A stretch of 58,895 nt of DNA, filler included, from Diploschistes diacapsis (taxonomy: Eukaryota), in assembly GCA_023645945.1 (NCBI GenBank). It is 4 parts of 4 records of this genome, joined end to end, with 100 filler letters (N's around TTAATTAATTAA, not from the genome) between each part and the next. Parts side by side here need not be neighbours in the genome. Positions count along the whole stretch, not along the records: positions 1 to 14,667 come from JALAIB010000592.1; 3 more parts are not named here. One strand, 5' to 3'. Within the stretch, counting starts at the first letter, position 1, and each line of letters begins with the position of its first letter. The translations under genes were made by a program, and so were the position numbers. This document shows, piece after piece, positions 1-12,039 of the stretch. Under the pieces are notes generated by a model. The model did no database searches. It was not told where the DNA came from and saw nothing but the letters and a program-made list of their open reading frames with translations.

Positions 1-635
1 CCACGTCCCCCCTTCATTAGCGCCAAGCAGGGCTTTTTCTGTTCTACGAGCTAGGTGGTTGGCTAGCTAGCTAGGCATCTCCCCCCCCACCGGCTCCGAG
101 CCCTGGCAAAACTAAGTCGCAGCAAGGGATCAAGGGGGGCAATCCTCGGATGCGAGCCGCTCGGAGGGGTTCGGTTGCGTTTGTGTTTTTTGGCGTGGAC
201 AATGTTGTTTCCGAAGAGGGGGGCGGGATGTAGTGCGGAGATAGGCTGGCCAACTGAGAAAGGGATGCAAGGTGGGGCAAGGCATGGAGATTGGAGGTTG
301 GTGGCCGTGCTGACGAAGATGCGCGAGAAGGGAGGAAGGGGGGATTGGGCAAGGAGCAGGAGAAAGCAAAAACCAAGCAAGGGACACACCCAAGTCGTAC
401 AAAACATGGCCACGGCTTGGGGGGGTTCTTGAGGTGGTGGTCTTCCATATTAGTTGGCTTTGCTTTGCTTGTTTGCTAGATAAACAGGGCTATTGGGATT
501 GCATAAGGGAGAGGCCCAAGCTCGCTGTGATCCTTGCGTCCACCCAGTGTCTCTTTTCCAACAAAATCTCGAGCATATTGAAACGCACACCGCACACCCG
601 TCTACCAACCCACCGAACCCCCCCGAGAGGGAAAC

Positions 636-1323
636 ATGGGCATCCTCTTGATCGGCGCCTCCGGCCGCACCGGCTCCCTCGTCCTCACCGAAGCCCTATC
701 ACGGGGACGCTCCGTCACGGCTCTAGTCCGCGACCCCACCCCCGTTTCCTTCCTCTCCGCCTCTCAAAGGCAAAGCCTCACAATCGTCCAAGGCACGCCT
801 CTCTCGCCCGCCGACGTCGACCGCGCCTTCTCCTCCGCCCCGCCCACAGACCGCATATCGTCCATCATCGTCACCCTCAGCGCCCGCCGCGCGAGCGACA
901 GCCCCTTCGCCAAACCCGTCTCCCCGCCGCGGCTGCTGGCCGACTGTCATGCGAACCTCGTGGCGGCCATGAAAACGCATCCGGAGGTCAAGAAGATAGT
1001 CACCATGTCGGCGTTCGGCGTCGGCGATTCGTTCGTGGAGCTGCCGTGGGCGTTCCGGTTGCTGTTCAGGAAGTCCAGCATGGCGGCCCAGTTTGCGGAC
1101 CATGATGCGACGGATAGGGAGGTCAAGGCGACTGGGTCGGTTTCGTGCTGGTGAGGCCGGCGAGGTTGAGCGAGGGGGAGAAAAAGACGGTGGCCGTTAA
1201 AGGGGACATGGGGAAGGGGGTGCGCTGATGGCGAGCGTGAGCCGGAAGAGCGTAGCGGGGTTCTTGGTGGATGCGGTGGAGAATGGGGTGTGGGATCGGA
1301 GGACGCCGGTGACTTGCGAGTGA
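636..1323 (+). CDS. NAD(P)H-binding oxidoreductase (flavin reductase/atypical SDR family), with two apparent 1-bp frameshifts
   Basis: N-terminal Rossmann motif ILLIGASGRTG. The family C-terminus (FVLVRPARL..., SVSRKSVAGFLVDAVE..W) is recovered by frame changes at ~1135 and ~1222. Stop TGA 1321-1323. Confidence 0.8.
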
Positions 1324-1623
1324 AGAGGGTGGAGTACGGGCGGAGGAGAGGTTGGCGGTGCTCGCTGGGGGATGTCGCGGGTAGCTGTACCACACTTTCA
1401 TCCTGTTCAGACCGTTTTTGCCCATCATAGGTCCTCGATGGTATTGTTCCACCACAGAGCATCCAGCCTTGTAATCAAAAGCCTGGGCTGCATAGCAGTG
1501 CTACGTATGGCGAGGTGTCCGTCTGTAATAAGCTCCCAGGGAAATCAACCGGTGCACTGCTCGATTGTCGATCGAACAATCGTACTCGATTCGGGCTCTG
1601 ACGATCTGGAGCTTCTGTAGGAT

Positions 1624-4071
1624 TCAAACGTGCCCGTCGAAATTCATTTGCCACTCTTCCGGAAATCCAAAATCCAATTCATCATAGTTGAAAAAGTTCT
1701 CCAAGTTCTAACGATAACTGTCAGCGTCCTGCCATCTATGCACAGAACCTTTCAACGTACTGCAAAGTCCATCTGCGGCCCGACTTCCTCGCGCGTCGGC
1801 TGGCCGTTTGGAACTGGCGTGTCTTTCCGAGATGCGAGTGGGAGGTTTATCGGATTCTGCTATAGTAATCTCAGCTGATTGTACGCTAGCTGACATTGCT
1901 ACTTACCGGTGGATATGAGCGATCGGGAACTCTGCTAGGAATATCATCCTTTTGGAGCTGCTGACGGCACAAGCCAATAATACGAAGCACCTCCTCCATC
2001 ATTGACGCGTGCTTGTCTGCCAGTGGAGCGTTTGTCCTAACCGACTCGAGCACGACGGCGATCAGCAGAATGTCCTTTATGGCGTGGCCATGCTCGGCAA
2101 CGCCGCGAACCAGCAAGCGCAGTGCATTTTTCACGATTCTGATAAGTGTCGCTATATCCTTGGAAGTCGACGGCCTGGGAGAGTTGACGCTGCTCGTAGA
2201 AGTATTGTCCCGGCGCCTCACTGCATCGAGGCCGTAAAGGGATTCATTGATACATTCAATTTCGAAACAAATGCTCAAAGCCGTCTGCACAAGGTTATGC
2301 TTGCAGAGATTTTGCAGGAGGGCCCAACAAGGCTTGGTGTTCACAGCGTCGACGTCCCGGCTTTCCGGATCCAAGGCGGCTTGACACTCAAGGAAGCGAA
2401 GCGAGAAGTTGTAGAAGTTCATTCGAATAGTGAAATCGGTGTCCCAGCCGTTGCTCAGTACCAGCGGTTTGTACATTGCGAGCAAAGCTCGCCTATTGAA
2501 CAGATCGAGAAGCACCAAGCTAGCTAAACGGTCCGAGTTTCTGTTACCGGCCATAGATTCTATATCAAGATCAAGACACTCTGGGCGACTTCCTAGTGCC
2601 TCAAGTAGCTGTTTTTCTATTCGAACCATTTCATCCCTGTCATTGCCGTCCGATGTTTGCTTGGAAACCAGATGAACCGCTCTCAGTCGCCACAGCGCCG
2701 ATCTTGCTAGCCATATTTGTGGGCGAGTAGCCGTCCAATCCTCCAGGTCCTTCGCCTCCGGCAACTTCTCCATGTCCTCAGTTAAGTCATCATCGTCGAG
2801 GTTCAAAGGAGTTCTGGTACTGTAATCGCCAACACGTATGGCTGTTGGCAAGCCAGACAGGAGCGAAGCCTGAATGTCAAGCTCCAGAACGGTAGCCCAA
2901 AGTCGACGTCGGATTTCTCCGTGGAACACTGAGATCTGGGATACTCGTCGGGCTCAACGTGCATACCGAGAGTCATGGCATGTCGTACAAGAGTCCCAGT
3001 CTCGGTCCACATCTTGTCCAAGGGGTGAGGGAGTATCTGGCCTGCGAGAACAACGAGCGTGACTGCTTGCAGATTGGAGAAAGAGCTTCGTTCCTTCCCA
3101 GTCAGCTGAGCTTGCCAGGCCCTCAGCATGGCGTAGGAATCGTAAGCAAATCCCCTGTGCAGGAATGCTTGGGATTCGCTGTGCATTCGGAATGCGATGA
3201 CAAGAATTGCCAACAGCTGCGGGACGAAGCCCGGGGAAATGCTGACCGCCGCATTCTCGCGCTCCCAGAAGGCATTATACTCGTGGCGGAAGCTAGGCAC
3301 ATGCAATATCCGTAGCGCCTGTTCCCAGTGGGTAAAGTAGGTTTCCACCAAGAGGTCGGACACGAAGCGCGTGGGTAGCAGGTTGACCATCTGCGCCACA
3401 GCCGATGCTACGTCTGAAATAGGCTCCGCACTGTATGAATTATACCTTTTCGCAAAGTCCTTTTGCATACCCGAAGCTTCTTTGATGAAGGAGCCAACTC
3501 TCGGATCTCGAAGCGCTTTGGTTATGAATGGCCTGATCGCGACAAACTTCGCCCATTAGCCGTTCAAGCTCGATACTGTCCGGGACAGACAAACCTGTTT
3601 GAGTGTGGTGCCGCGATGGTCCTGGCCTCGATATCGAAAGCGGTGTCCATCGATATCTAGGTTCCCGAGATAATTTTGGGCCGCATATGAAGCCGGTGCG
3701 GATTGCACAGAGGGGTCATGACGGGCTTGGGCGGGATTGCTATTAATCGAGAGACGTTCTTCCAGGGCCTTGACTCGGTGTTGTAAATCCTCAACCACCC
3801 CGATTCCATCTCGTCCCTTATTCTGCGATACCGTACGTGCGCGCTTCCTCGACTGTGAAGTGGCGACTTCATTTCCCAGCTTATGCTCGGCCTCGACGGC
3901 TTTGGCTGAAGCTGTTAAGGGGTCGTAGTCGCTCGCGAAGGTGCATTCGGTAGACCGACCGGCTTTGGTGCAATGTTCGCAAGGTTTCGAGCGGTTGCAT
4001 TTGAGCTTACGGTTCCTGCATTGGTAGCAGGAAAGTACAGGCCGAGGACGCTTGGCCTGGGAAGCCTCCAT
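1624..4071 (-). CDS. Zn(II)2Cys6 transcription factor with fungal-specific TF domain
   Basis: CYQCRNRKLKCNRSKPCEHC..C binuclear cluster, LRILHVPSF, GMHVEP..EIRRRLWATV..LD motifs. Introns ~3594-3547, ~1906-1860, ~1759-1708. One frameshift at ~2938. Confidence 0.88.
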
Positions 4072-6705
4072 GACATCTTTTCTTGCTCGCTACGGGTATG
4101 GGCACCTTGCTCTGTGCGGAGCTACCGTTCGTTGTAATAGAACGTTTCATTCCCCCTCCGTTAATGCTCATCCCACCGATACCATGAGCCCTCAGTTTGA
4201 GGGGTGACAAGATCTCTGCGGCTCTAGCTGAAGCCCTGCACAGTGTGGGAGGGCAAACTGGGAAGCTTTGGAAGCTTTTGGCGGTGGAACTAAAGTCCGG
4301 GGTTGATTGTCAACAGAGAGTACTTGGCCAAAAGAGGCAGCCAAGACTTTTCAGGGGCTTCGAAGGAAAGATGAGTAGCTGAGAGAAGGCGGATATACTG
4401 AACAACGACAACTCATTAGCCATAGCCCGTTGGCATCGAAAGGGGAAATTTTGGTGGATACTTGCAGATGCACGTCGAGAGCGTTGAGCCGACATGTGAG
4501 ACATATCAGCTCGCTACTTGTCTGCGCTTGGATATTCAGAAAGATGCTCTCACGGTCATGGCACTATGCTTCGGCAGCGCTTGATATCAACGATTACCAT
4601 TAGGCAAAATATAAACTACCACCCGCCCTCGTGGTGATCACTTGTAACCATAAGAGCAGCAAGCTACAGCGGTGCCACGAAACCACGCCCGACCTCCAAT
4701 CAAAGTACAAAATTTTAGATAGAGAAGCTTCGGTTCGTCATTTTTTTTCTCCTCTGTAATGTTATATTCTGCCATTGTATAACTAAAGCATGTCTCCCGA
4801 AATATTCGTGGAGCACCTGTGCCAGAAACCAATGAGGACGTCAACGATTGGGATTGTGAATGTCAGTTGAAGAAGAGTCGGAAGCGCAGTGAATTGAAGT
4901 CGATGGAGCTGGAACGAAACTGATAGCTTTGCAGAAGAGAGACTGGAGTATTCTTTGACTGGAAGCCGGTGATGCTGGGTTCTCGGTTATCCTGGAGTGC
5001 CTGGAAGTATATTTGCGCCTTACCTAGACCGGATTCGCAACTGCGATGCGCACCCAAGCGATATTGACATCCAAGAGGTGTCACAGTGGAGTAGGGCAAT
5101 AGCACGAGCAGCGAAGGGGGCGGGTTCGGTATTGTCTTTGGTAGTTTTCGCATTTGTATAGGAGCCAGTGACTGCAAGGAATCCACATCTGTACGGTGTG
5201 GCCGCAAGAATAAGTTGCGAATACTTCGACACACATAGCAGCTGTGGAGGATGGTTGAGTTTGGTAAGATTCAAGAAACTGGTATCGAATGCGAATATGA
5301 AGATGCTCTTGCTCTCTGCGCAGGATTTCGTAGATTGGATAATGGACCGGTTGCGCTGTCTTATGCTCGCGTTTGGCTGATATATACCCTTCTCGCTTCG
5401 AGCAGATCAGTATGGCACGTCAAGACGAACACTTGCCCGAAATTCATGTAAAGTTCGCTAGTGTAATAGTCTAGGGTTACTAAGGCTCAATCCGGCAGCT
5501 GATTTGGAACAGCTGCAGAAAAGAAACAGCATCGCCGCCGTCTACGCTCCATCGGAGCCCAAAAGCCTGATCCCGTACAACACTAAATAACCTGCGCTGA
5601 CGAGTACAAACATTTAGATGAGAAAGAAGCATACGGTCTTAGATGGAGAGGCGACCCACCTGCGGCTGCGTTGAAAGATTCCGGCTCAAGCCCGTCCTGC
5701 GATCTGGCAGCAACAACGTTGGGAATATGGATCACAACCAATCATCGCACACGAGGTGCTTGAATGCGAATCTGGCGGAAGCACCATGTGTCTGTCGACA
5801 TCTGGCGACGCTTGCTGCCCGACGCAGCCAAGATATCATCCACAGCTGTATTCGAGCGACTCACAAGTGTGGCTGGAAGCAGCATCATTCACACGCATGC
5901 AGCGACATCGAAGACGAGGGGCACCGCCACAGTGGCTCGTGCAATGAACAGGTCATGTATTCAATCTGAGGCGAATAACTAGAGACTGGCTGTGATTGGA
6001 GTATAGTATAGAGAGATTGGGACCGGCAGAGGCCGATGAGGTCTGCTTGGGAGGTCAAGCTAACGCCACAGATAGATGGGAGATATCGCAGGACGTATCC
6101 TCAGCTCAGCAGGGATAGATTGGACCGTATAGAGAAGCTTCAGGGGCTGGGCAAGAAAATGTATCCTGTTCCATGGGCGTGGGAGCGGGTACCTTAGGTA
6201 GGTTCCTGAACGTAACCAGATCGAGCAATTCTTCGGACTGAGTGACGCCGAGTGTTCACCGACGACTGCCGGAGCTGAGCGAAAGCAGAGCTTAGATAAC
6301 CCAAACCACAAACGACTGAGCGAGTTGAAGGAGAGCCTCACGCGCTCTCGCGCTGAACATTGACGACTTCCGCCGCGCGAGTCGAAACATGAAGGAGTGG
6401 TCATTGGGTACTGACAGAGTAACCTTTTGCATGACAAGGCTGGATACGAAACAACAGTGAAAAGCGTATCATTTCCTGCAAGTAGAAGCGTCTACTTCGA
6501 ACTTTGGGGCTCTTTTGACCCACTGAAGGAGACTAAGACTCCTTTAAAGAAGGTGTGGAGGTCAACAGGGGCTGCCTGCCCAATTAAGGAAAATGGGGGC
6601 GCTGAGACATTGTGGCTAGTGCAAAGTGGCTGATGCATCGTGGCTTGAACCTCGAAGCAGCACCCAAAGTCCACGTACCACTTGCGCAGTGTACGAGAAC
6701 AACGG

Positions 6706-6914
6706 CATGGGCAATCAAGCTGAAGGCACTGCAGGCAAGGAGCAGGGAGGGGTTGTTGTTCTGGACCATGAAGGGTTCAGTTCAGTTCACATGGGTAATC
6801 AAGCTGACGCACCAGTCAGAGCAATTCATCTCTGCTTACACACAATCGAAAAAGGTCGAAGCTGCAGGCAAGGAGCAGGAAGGGATTGCGTTCTGGACCA
6901 TGAAGGGCTCAGTT
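6706..6914. repeat. Imperfect tandem duplication (~84-bp unit, second copy interrupted)
   Basis: CATGGGYAATCAAGCTGA at 6706 and 6790; GCAGGCAAGGAGCAGG..TTCTGGACCATGAAGGG.TCAGTT at 6731 and 6864. Confidence 0.75.
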
Positions 6915-7090
6915 GCATAGTCGGGTACAAGAGTGCAACGAACGGGCTTGGGCTTGGGCCCCGGGTTGGTTGATGCCCGGGCAGGATATGGTCCATCGTA
7001 AATAATAAATAATTAATAGAGAAAGAAAATGCCTTACAGGTTGTAAGCGAGGTAAAAAGCCACACGACGGGTGTTGACGGGGAGCAATAC

Positions 7091-7162
7091 GGCGTACTAA
7101 TTAATGGCGTACTAAGTTAGTTAAGTTAGTTAATTAAATGGCTTACTAATCAATGGCTTACT
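7091..7162. repeat. Two pairs of 15-bp-period GGCKTACT(AA) repeats in AT-rich DNA
   Basis: GGCGTACTAA at 7091 and 7106; GGCTTACT(AA) at 7140 and 7155. Confidence 0.7.
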
Positions 7163-7183
7163 CGTGAATTAAATTAGTGATAT

Positions 7184-7293
7184 TGTGATATTACAAAGCG
7201 CCAGTTTAGTACCGCTAGGCCACATAGCCAAAAGACCAACAATACTGGATTCTGCCAGTATTGAACTAAACTGATATATATAGCGAAACCACA
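7184..7293 (+). mobile_element. 110-bp TG...CA dispersed element (solo LTR-like), copy 1
   Basis: Termini TGTG...CACA; ATAT on both flanks (7180-7183, 7294-7297); near-identical inverted copy at 32739-32847. Confidence 0.85.
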
Positions 7294-7686
7294 ATATAGC
7301 AGGTAGTCAGTCACATGATGCCCTAAGATTTGAAATTTTAAGGTCTGACCAGATCGGGAAGTCTGTTTTGGGTCGCAGGAAATTAATTACCTTGTAAGTG
7401 GGGCTTTAGTAGGTAAATGGGTAAATTTGCTGGTATTCCTAAAGGGCTCTCGTAGCAGCCCGCGCACAGACCCCCTGTCGTCATTTATCCGCCTTGCTCC
7501 CTTTTCCTTTTCATGCTTTCCCACTTCTGCTGTTCATTATCTCCCCTTTACTCACTCACACTCTCCTCGACCTGCATTGCTTCAGTTTAACTACGAGGAG
7601 TGTTCCATTGGACTTCGCTACCTACATCTTGATAGCTCGCAGTTGAGGACAATCTACTACATAGCGCTGTTGAGGCCCCTGCTATC

Positions 7687-10450
7687 ATGGAGTCCTTCCG
7701 TGCGGCCAACCTACTGCGCCGGCAGAGTAGCAACGTACGGACATCGACATCGTCTTTTCTGTATAAACAGTCAGTCGCTAACCATCTGTGCAGAACCCCA
7801 CCTCTTCAAAGTCCGATAGCTCCATCTCCGGTCTTCTATCAACCCTTATTCCCATCCTCCTCATATCTGTCATCTACTTCACACTATTTTTGATCTTCAG
7901 AAAAAGGTACCGTCGCCAGTACGAACCCAGAAGTTTTCTGTCCTCCCTTCGGGAACAGGAGCGTACCCCTAGTCTGCCCAATGGCCTTTTCGGCTGGATT
8001 GGCCAATTCTCCAAAACTCCCGACTCCTACGTCTTGAATCACCAGTCCATTGATGGCTTTCTCTTCCTGCGTTTTCTCAAAATATCTTGCATCATCTGCG
8101 CTGTTGGTTGTTGCATCACCTTCCCTATTCTATGGCCCGTCTATGGCACCGGCAAAGGCGGTCAAAGCGGCTTGGGCTTGCTGACGTTGGGAAATGTCGC
8201 TCCGCCGAATAATCCTCGTCTTTACGCCGCGACATTCGTTGCCTGGGCTTTCTACGGTATGAAGGCATCCACAGTTCCCAGCGTCTTGCTTACATCTTAC
8301 AGGTTTCGTCTGGCTCATGATCGCCCGTGAAACAATTTACTATATCAATATTCGCCAGGCGTACCTGCTTTCGCCGCTCTATGCCAACCGTATGTCCTCC
8401 CGGACTGTACTTTTCACTTCCGTTCCCACCGAGTTCCTCGAAGGGCCTATGATTCGTCGCCTCTTCGGGGACAGGATGAAGAATTTCTGGGTTGCCACCG
8501 ATTGTCAAGAGATTGAGAAGCTCGTCAAGGAAAGGAACAAGGTTGCCATGAAGCTTGAGGGCGCGGAAATCAAGCTTATCCAAACGGCCAACAAGCTGCG
8601 TATGAAGAAAGGGGGTGGAGCACATGAAGAAGAAAACACCGGCATCGACGGCGACGACGCACACGGCGAATCTGGCTCGGCCGCTTCGCGCTGGGTACCA
8701 CCGAACAAAAGGCCAACGCACCGTCTCAAGTTCCTCATTGGCAAGAAAGTCGATACCATCAACTGGTGCCGCTCAGAGATGCAGCGACTCGAGCCCTTGG
8801 TTCAGGCGGAGCAGGCCAAGCATCGTGCACAGGAGCATGAAGCCGTCGGCTCCATCTTCGTCGAGTACTACACCCAGGCCGATGCCCAGGCTGCTTACCA
8901 GACAACCACCCATCACCTGCCTTTACGTATGGCTCCGCGGTACGTTGGCATCAATCCCGGAGATGTCATTTGGGACAACCTGCGCATCAAGTGGTGGGAG
9001 AGAGTCTTACGATATGCTGCAACCATCGCTTTCGTCTGTGTGCTCATCATCTTCTGGGCCGTGCCCGTCGCCTTTGTGGGCTTCCTTTCCAACATAGACA
9101 AACTTCGAGAATCGGTATCCTGGCTGCATTGGCTTTACTCCGTCCCTACGGTCATTTTTGGTGTCATCTCCGGTCTTCTGCCCTCCATCCTAATGGCTGT
9201 CCTCATGGCACTCTTACCCATTATTCTTCGGCTCATGGCCAAATGGGGAGGCTGTCCTTCCACCGCCGCAGTAGAGTTGAGAACCCAGAACTTCTACTTT
9301 GCCTTTCAGGTCGTCCAAGTCTTCCTTGTCGCGACCATCTCGTCTGCGGCATCGGCAGCAATCTCAACGATCCTTAGCAATCCCTCGTCGGCAGTCAACC
9401 TCCTCGCGGAGAAGCTTCCCCTGGCCTCCAACTTCTACATCAATTATTTCATTCTGCAGGGGCTTACAATTGCTTCGGGAGGCTTTTTGCAGCTCGTCGG
9501 CCTCATCCTCTTCTATGTACTCGGTCGTATCCTGGATAACTCTCCACGGAAAATGTACAAACGCTGGATATCCCTCTCCGGCCTTGGCTGGGGCACCGTG
9601 TTCCCTGTTTATACGCTCATCATACTGATTGGTAAGTTTCTCGCCATCGAAACCTTTTGCGGCAACTCTGACAATATCCATAGCTGTGGTCTATTGTTCA
9701 ATCGCGCCGCTTATCTTCGGCTTCGCAACCATCGGCATCTGGCTCATCTACATGGCGAACCGTTACCTGCTCATATACGTGTATAACGCGGACATTGATA
9801 CCAAGGGACTCGTTTATCCACGCGCACTCGGCCATCTGACTGTCGGAATCTATATTGGAGAGATCTGTCTTATTGGCCTTTTCGGCATCAATCAGGCTCC
9901 AGGCCCGACCATTCTGATGTTCATCTTCCTCGTCTTCTCAGTCTTGTTCCATGTCTCCCTTCGAAACGCCGTAGGGCCTCTGCTCGACACCCTGCCAAAA
10001 TCGCTCGAGGTTGAAGAAGAGCATCTTCTCGCTCTTGAAAAGCGCGCAGCGACCAACGAGTATGGCATGGCGAAGGACATTGACGGCTCTGCATCAGGTC
10101 CGACTTCGCTTCCGCCTCCCCACAAAAAGCCTAACATGATCCAAAAATGGCTCCGTCCGGATCTCTACACAGACTATCACACCTTGAGACGGCTCGTGCA
10201 TCGCGACTTTGCTGACATTGGCTATGCACCTGAAGTTGAGAAGAATGCCTACTATAACCCCGCCATCACCTCGGACGCACCTCTCCTATGGATTCCCCGT
10301 GATCCCATGGGCATCAGCAGGCAAGAGGTTGCACACACCAGCAAAGTCATCCCGATAACCGATGAAGGTGCTTTCTTTGACGACAAGGGCAAGATTCAAT
10401 GGGAGCAAGACACACGGCCTCCCATCTACGAGGAGAAGGTCTACTACTAG
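7687..10450 (+). CDS. CSC1/OSCA/TMEM63 (DUF221, RSN1-like) calcium-permeable stress-gated channel
   Basis: YEPRS, DGFLFLRFL, SRTVLFTSVP, KKVDTINW, P.DVIW.NL, YFAFQVVQVFLV, YCSIAPLI, TKGLVYPRAL, LWIPRDPMGIS motifs. Introns ~7735-7793, ~8258-8303, ~9632-9683. Confidence 0.95.
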
Positions 10451-10971
10451 GAGGTTGCAGCCTGGGAACGAAAAAGAAATTGGACATTCATTGCCTACTT
10501 TGCTTTCTGCTTACTTGCGATGATACCATGGGGGTATGTATGGCCTGCGCAGATGCGCTGAACGTTGTCCTACGCATCTCTAATTGAGTCCTTTGAGAGT
10601 ATTATATAATCCTAGTAATGCTAGTTGCCGCAGCAGCTCCTAATACTTGATTTTTTTTGTTTTGGAAGTCCTCCAATTAGAGTGACATTTTTTATATAGT
10701 TGTAGTATCCATCTATGTTTTGACACAACGCCTACAGTTTCCTACATGAAGAATAGATGTTTCCGGATTCTAATGATAAGACGATCGCCAAAGACCTTGC
10801 AGCCACTGTTCCTCCAGTAACTATAGTTTTGTTACGGCGGTATGATCTTTGTACAAGTACAATCAGTATGTACATACGGTATTCATATGACAATATAAGC
10901 GGAGTTCTGTGTAAGCGGTTCCCCATCGCAACGCTTCTCTTCATTCAAAAAGCATCCTCTCACAACTCCTT

Positions 10972-11376
10972 TCATCCTTTTCCATCTTCGCTTCGACCAT
11001 TCACCCAACCGAGGCCCAATATCGACCCCAGGACAGCCCCGGGTTTGGGCAGAGGGCACTCTCGCTCCCTTTTTGGATCCATGACCTCCGCCTCCCTCAC
11101 TCTCTCCGTTGAGCCCTTCGTTGCGGGAGGTTTTCCGTCGCATGTCTTCCCCTCCGCATCCGTCGCGTTGTCACCATTACAGCTTTCATCTATCCTCCTG
11201 CTCCTCCGCTTCCGTACCCTGCGTCCGTCGGGTAGGACTTCGGTGTCTGCTAGCACGGTTCGGGGCGCGGGGCAAGGGAGAAGATGCGGCATGCCGACCA
11301 CGAGGAAGGATATGGCGAGGGTTGTGCCAAAGAGTGAGGTTGTCCATGTCGAACGGGGGTGGAGGTGCGGAGGCAT
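10972..11376 (-). CDS. COA2: Small mitochondrial protein, COA2-like cytochrome c oxidase assembly factor
   Basis: MPPHLHPRS..TTSLF.TTL..SFLVV.MPHLLPCPA N-terminus resembles the LYFSTF..LPCPA core of yeast Coa2; C-terminal RECPLPKPG motif. Confidence 0.7.
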   Translation of the reverse strand: MPPHLHPRSTWTTSLFGTTLAISFLVVGMPHLLPCPAPRTVLADTEVLPDGRRVRKRRSRRIDESCNGDNATDAEGKTCDGKPPATKGSTERVREAEVMDPKRERECPLPKPGAVLGSILGLGWVNGRSEDGKG

Positions 11377-12039
11377 CGTTGTGAGGAGAAAGTAATGGAG
11401 ACGAGAGATGTAGAAGATAATTGCCGCGTGATGCGGAAGGGGTGGAAGATGCAGCGGAATGAAGGGGCTATTGTGAGGTCGCTATCGCGGGTGAAGCGAA
11501 AAACCTGAACTTGAGTTAGTGTATAGCTAACGGACAATAGCAGTGGGCGAGTGCGTTGGTACCAAGCGCCCCATCCCATAGTCTACTAAACCCGATAGAG
11601 TACTGAGTTCTGTACACGGCATTCGGGGACCGCGACACCTAAGTTGTTGAGGGCTCTGATACGGAAAAAGAAGCAATCGAAGCCGCTGCTGCGGAGCCGC
11701 ATGCCCCATATTTAGCGCGATATCGAACCCCCCCCCGGGCCTGGACTTGGACCGAGTACTACTAGTAAGGATCTACCAGCTACAGATCTTCACAGAATCC
11801 CCAACTTGCGTCACACACAGCCTAAAAAGATTTTGAAGCTTTAATAGTCTTTTTGCCTTCACGGTTGGTTCGACCATTGCATATCACTGGGTTCAACAGT
11901 AAATATTTTATTATTGCGTAGAGCCTTTGTAAATATCGAACTGAAACAATCATTCGCATCATCTTTCGTCATCAGCTCTCTCTCCTTTACGCGTTATATA
12001 TCTTCTGGAGTTTATACTCGGCCCACCGTAGACTCGACC

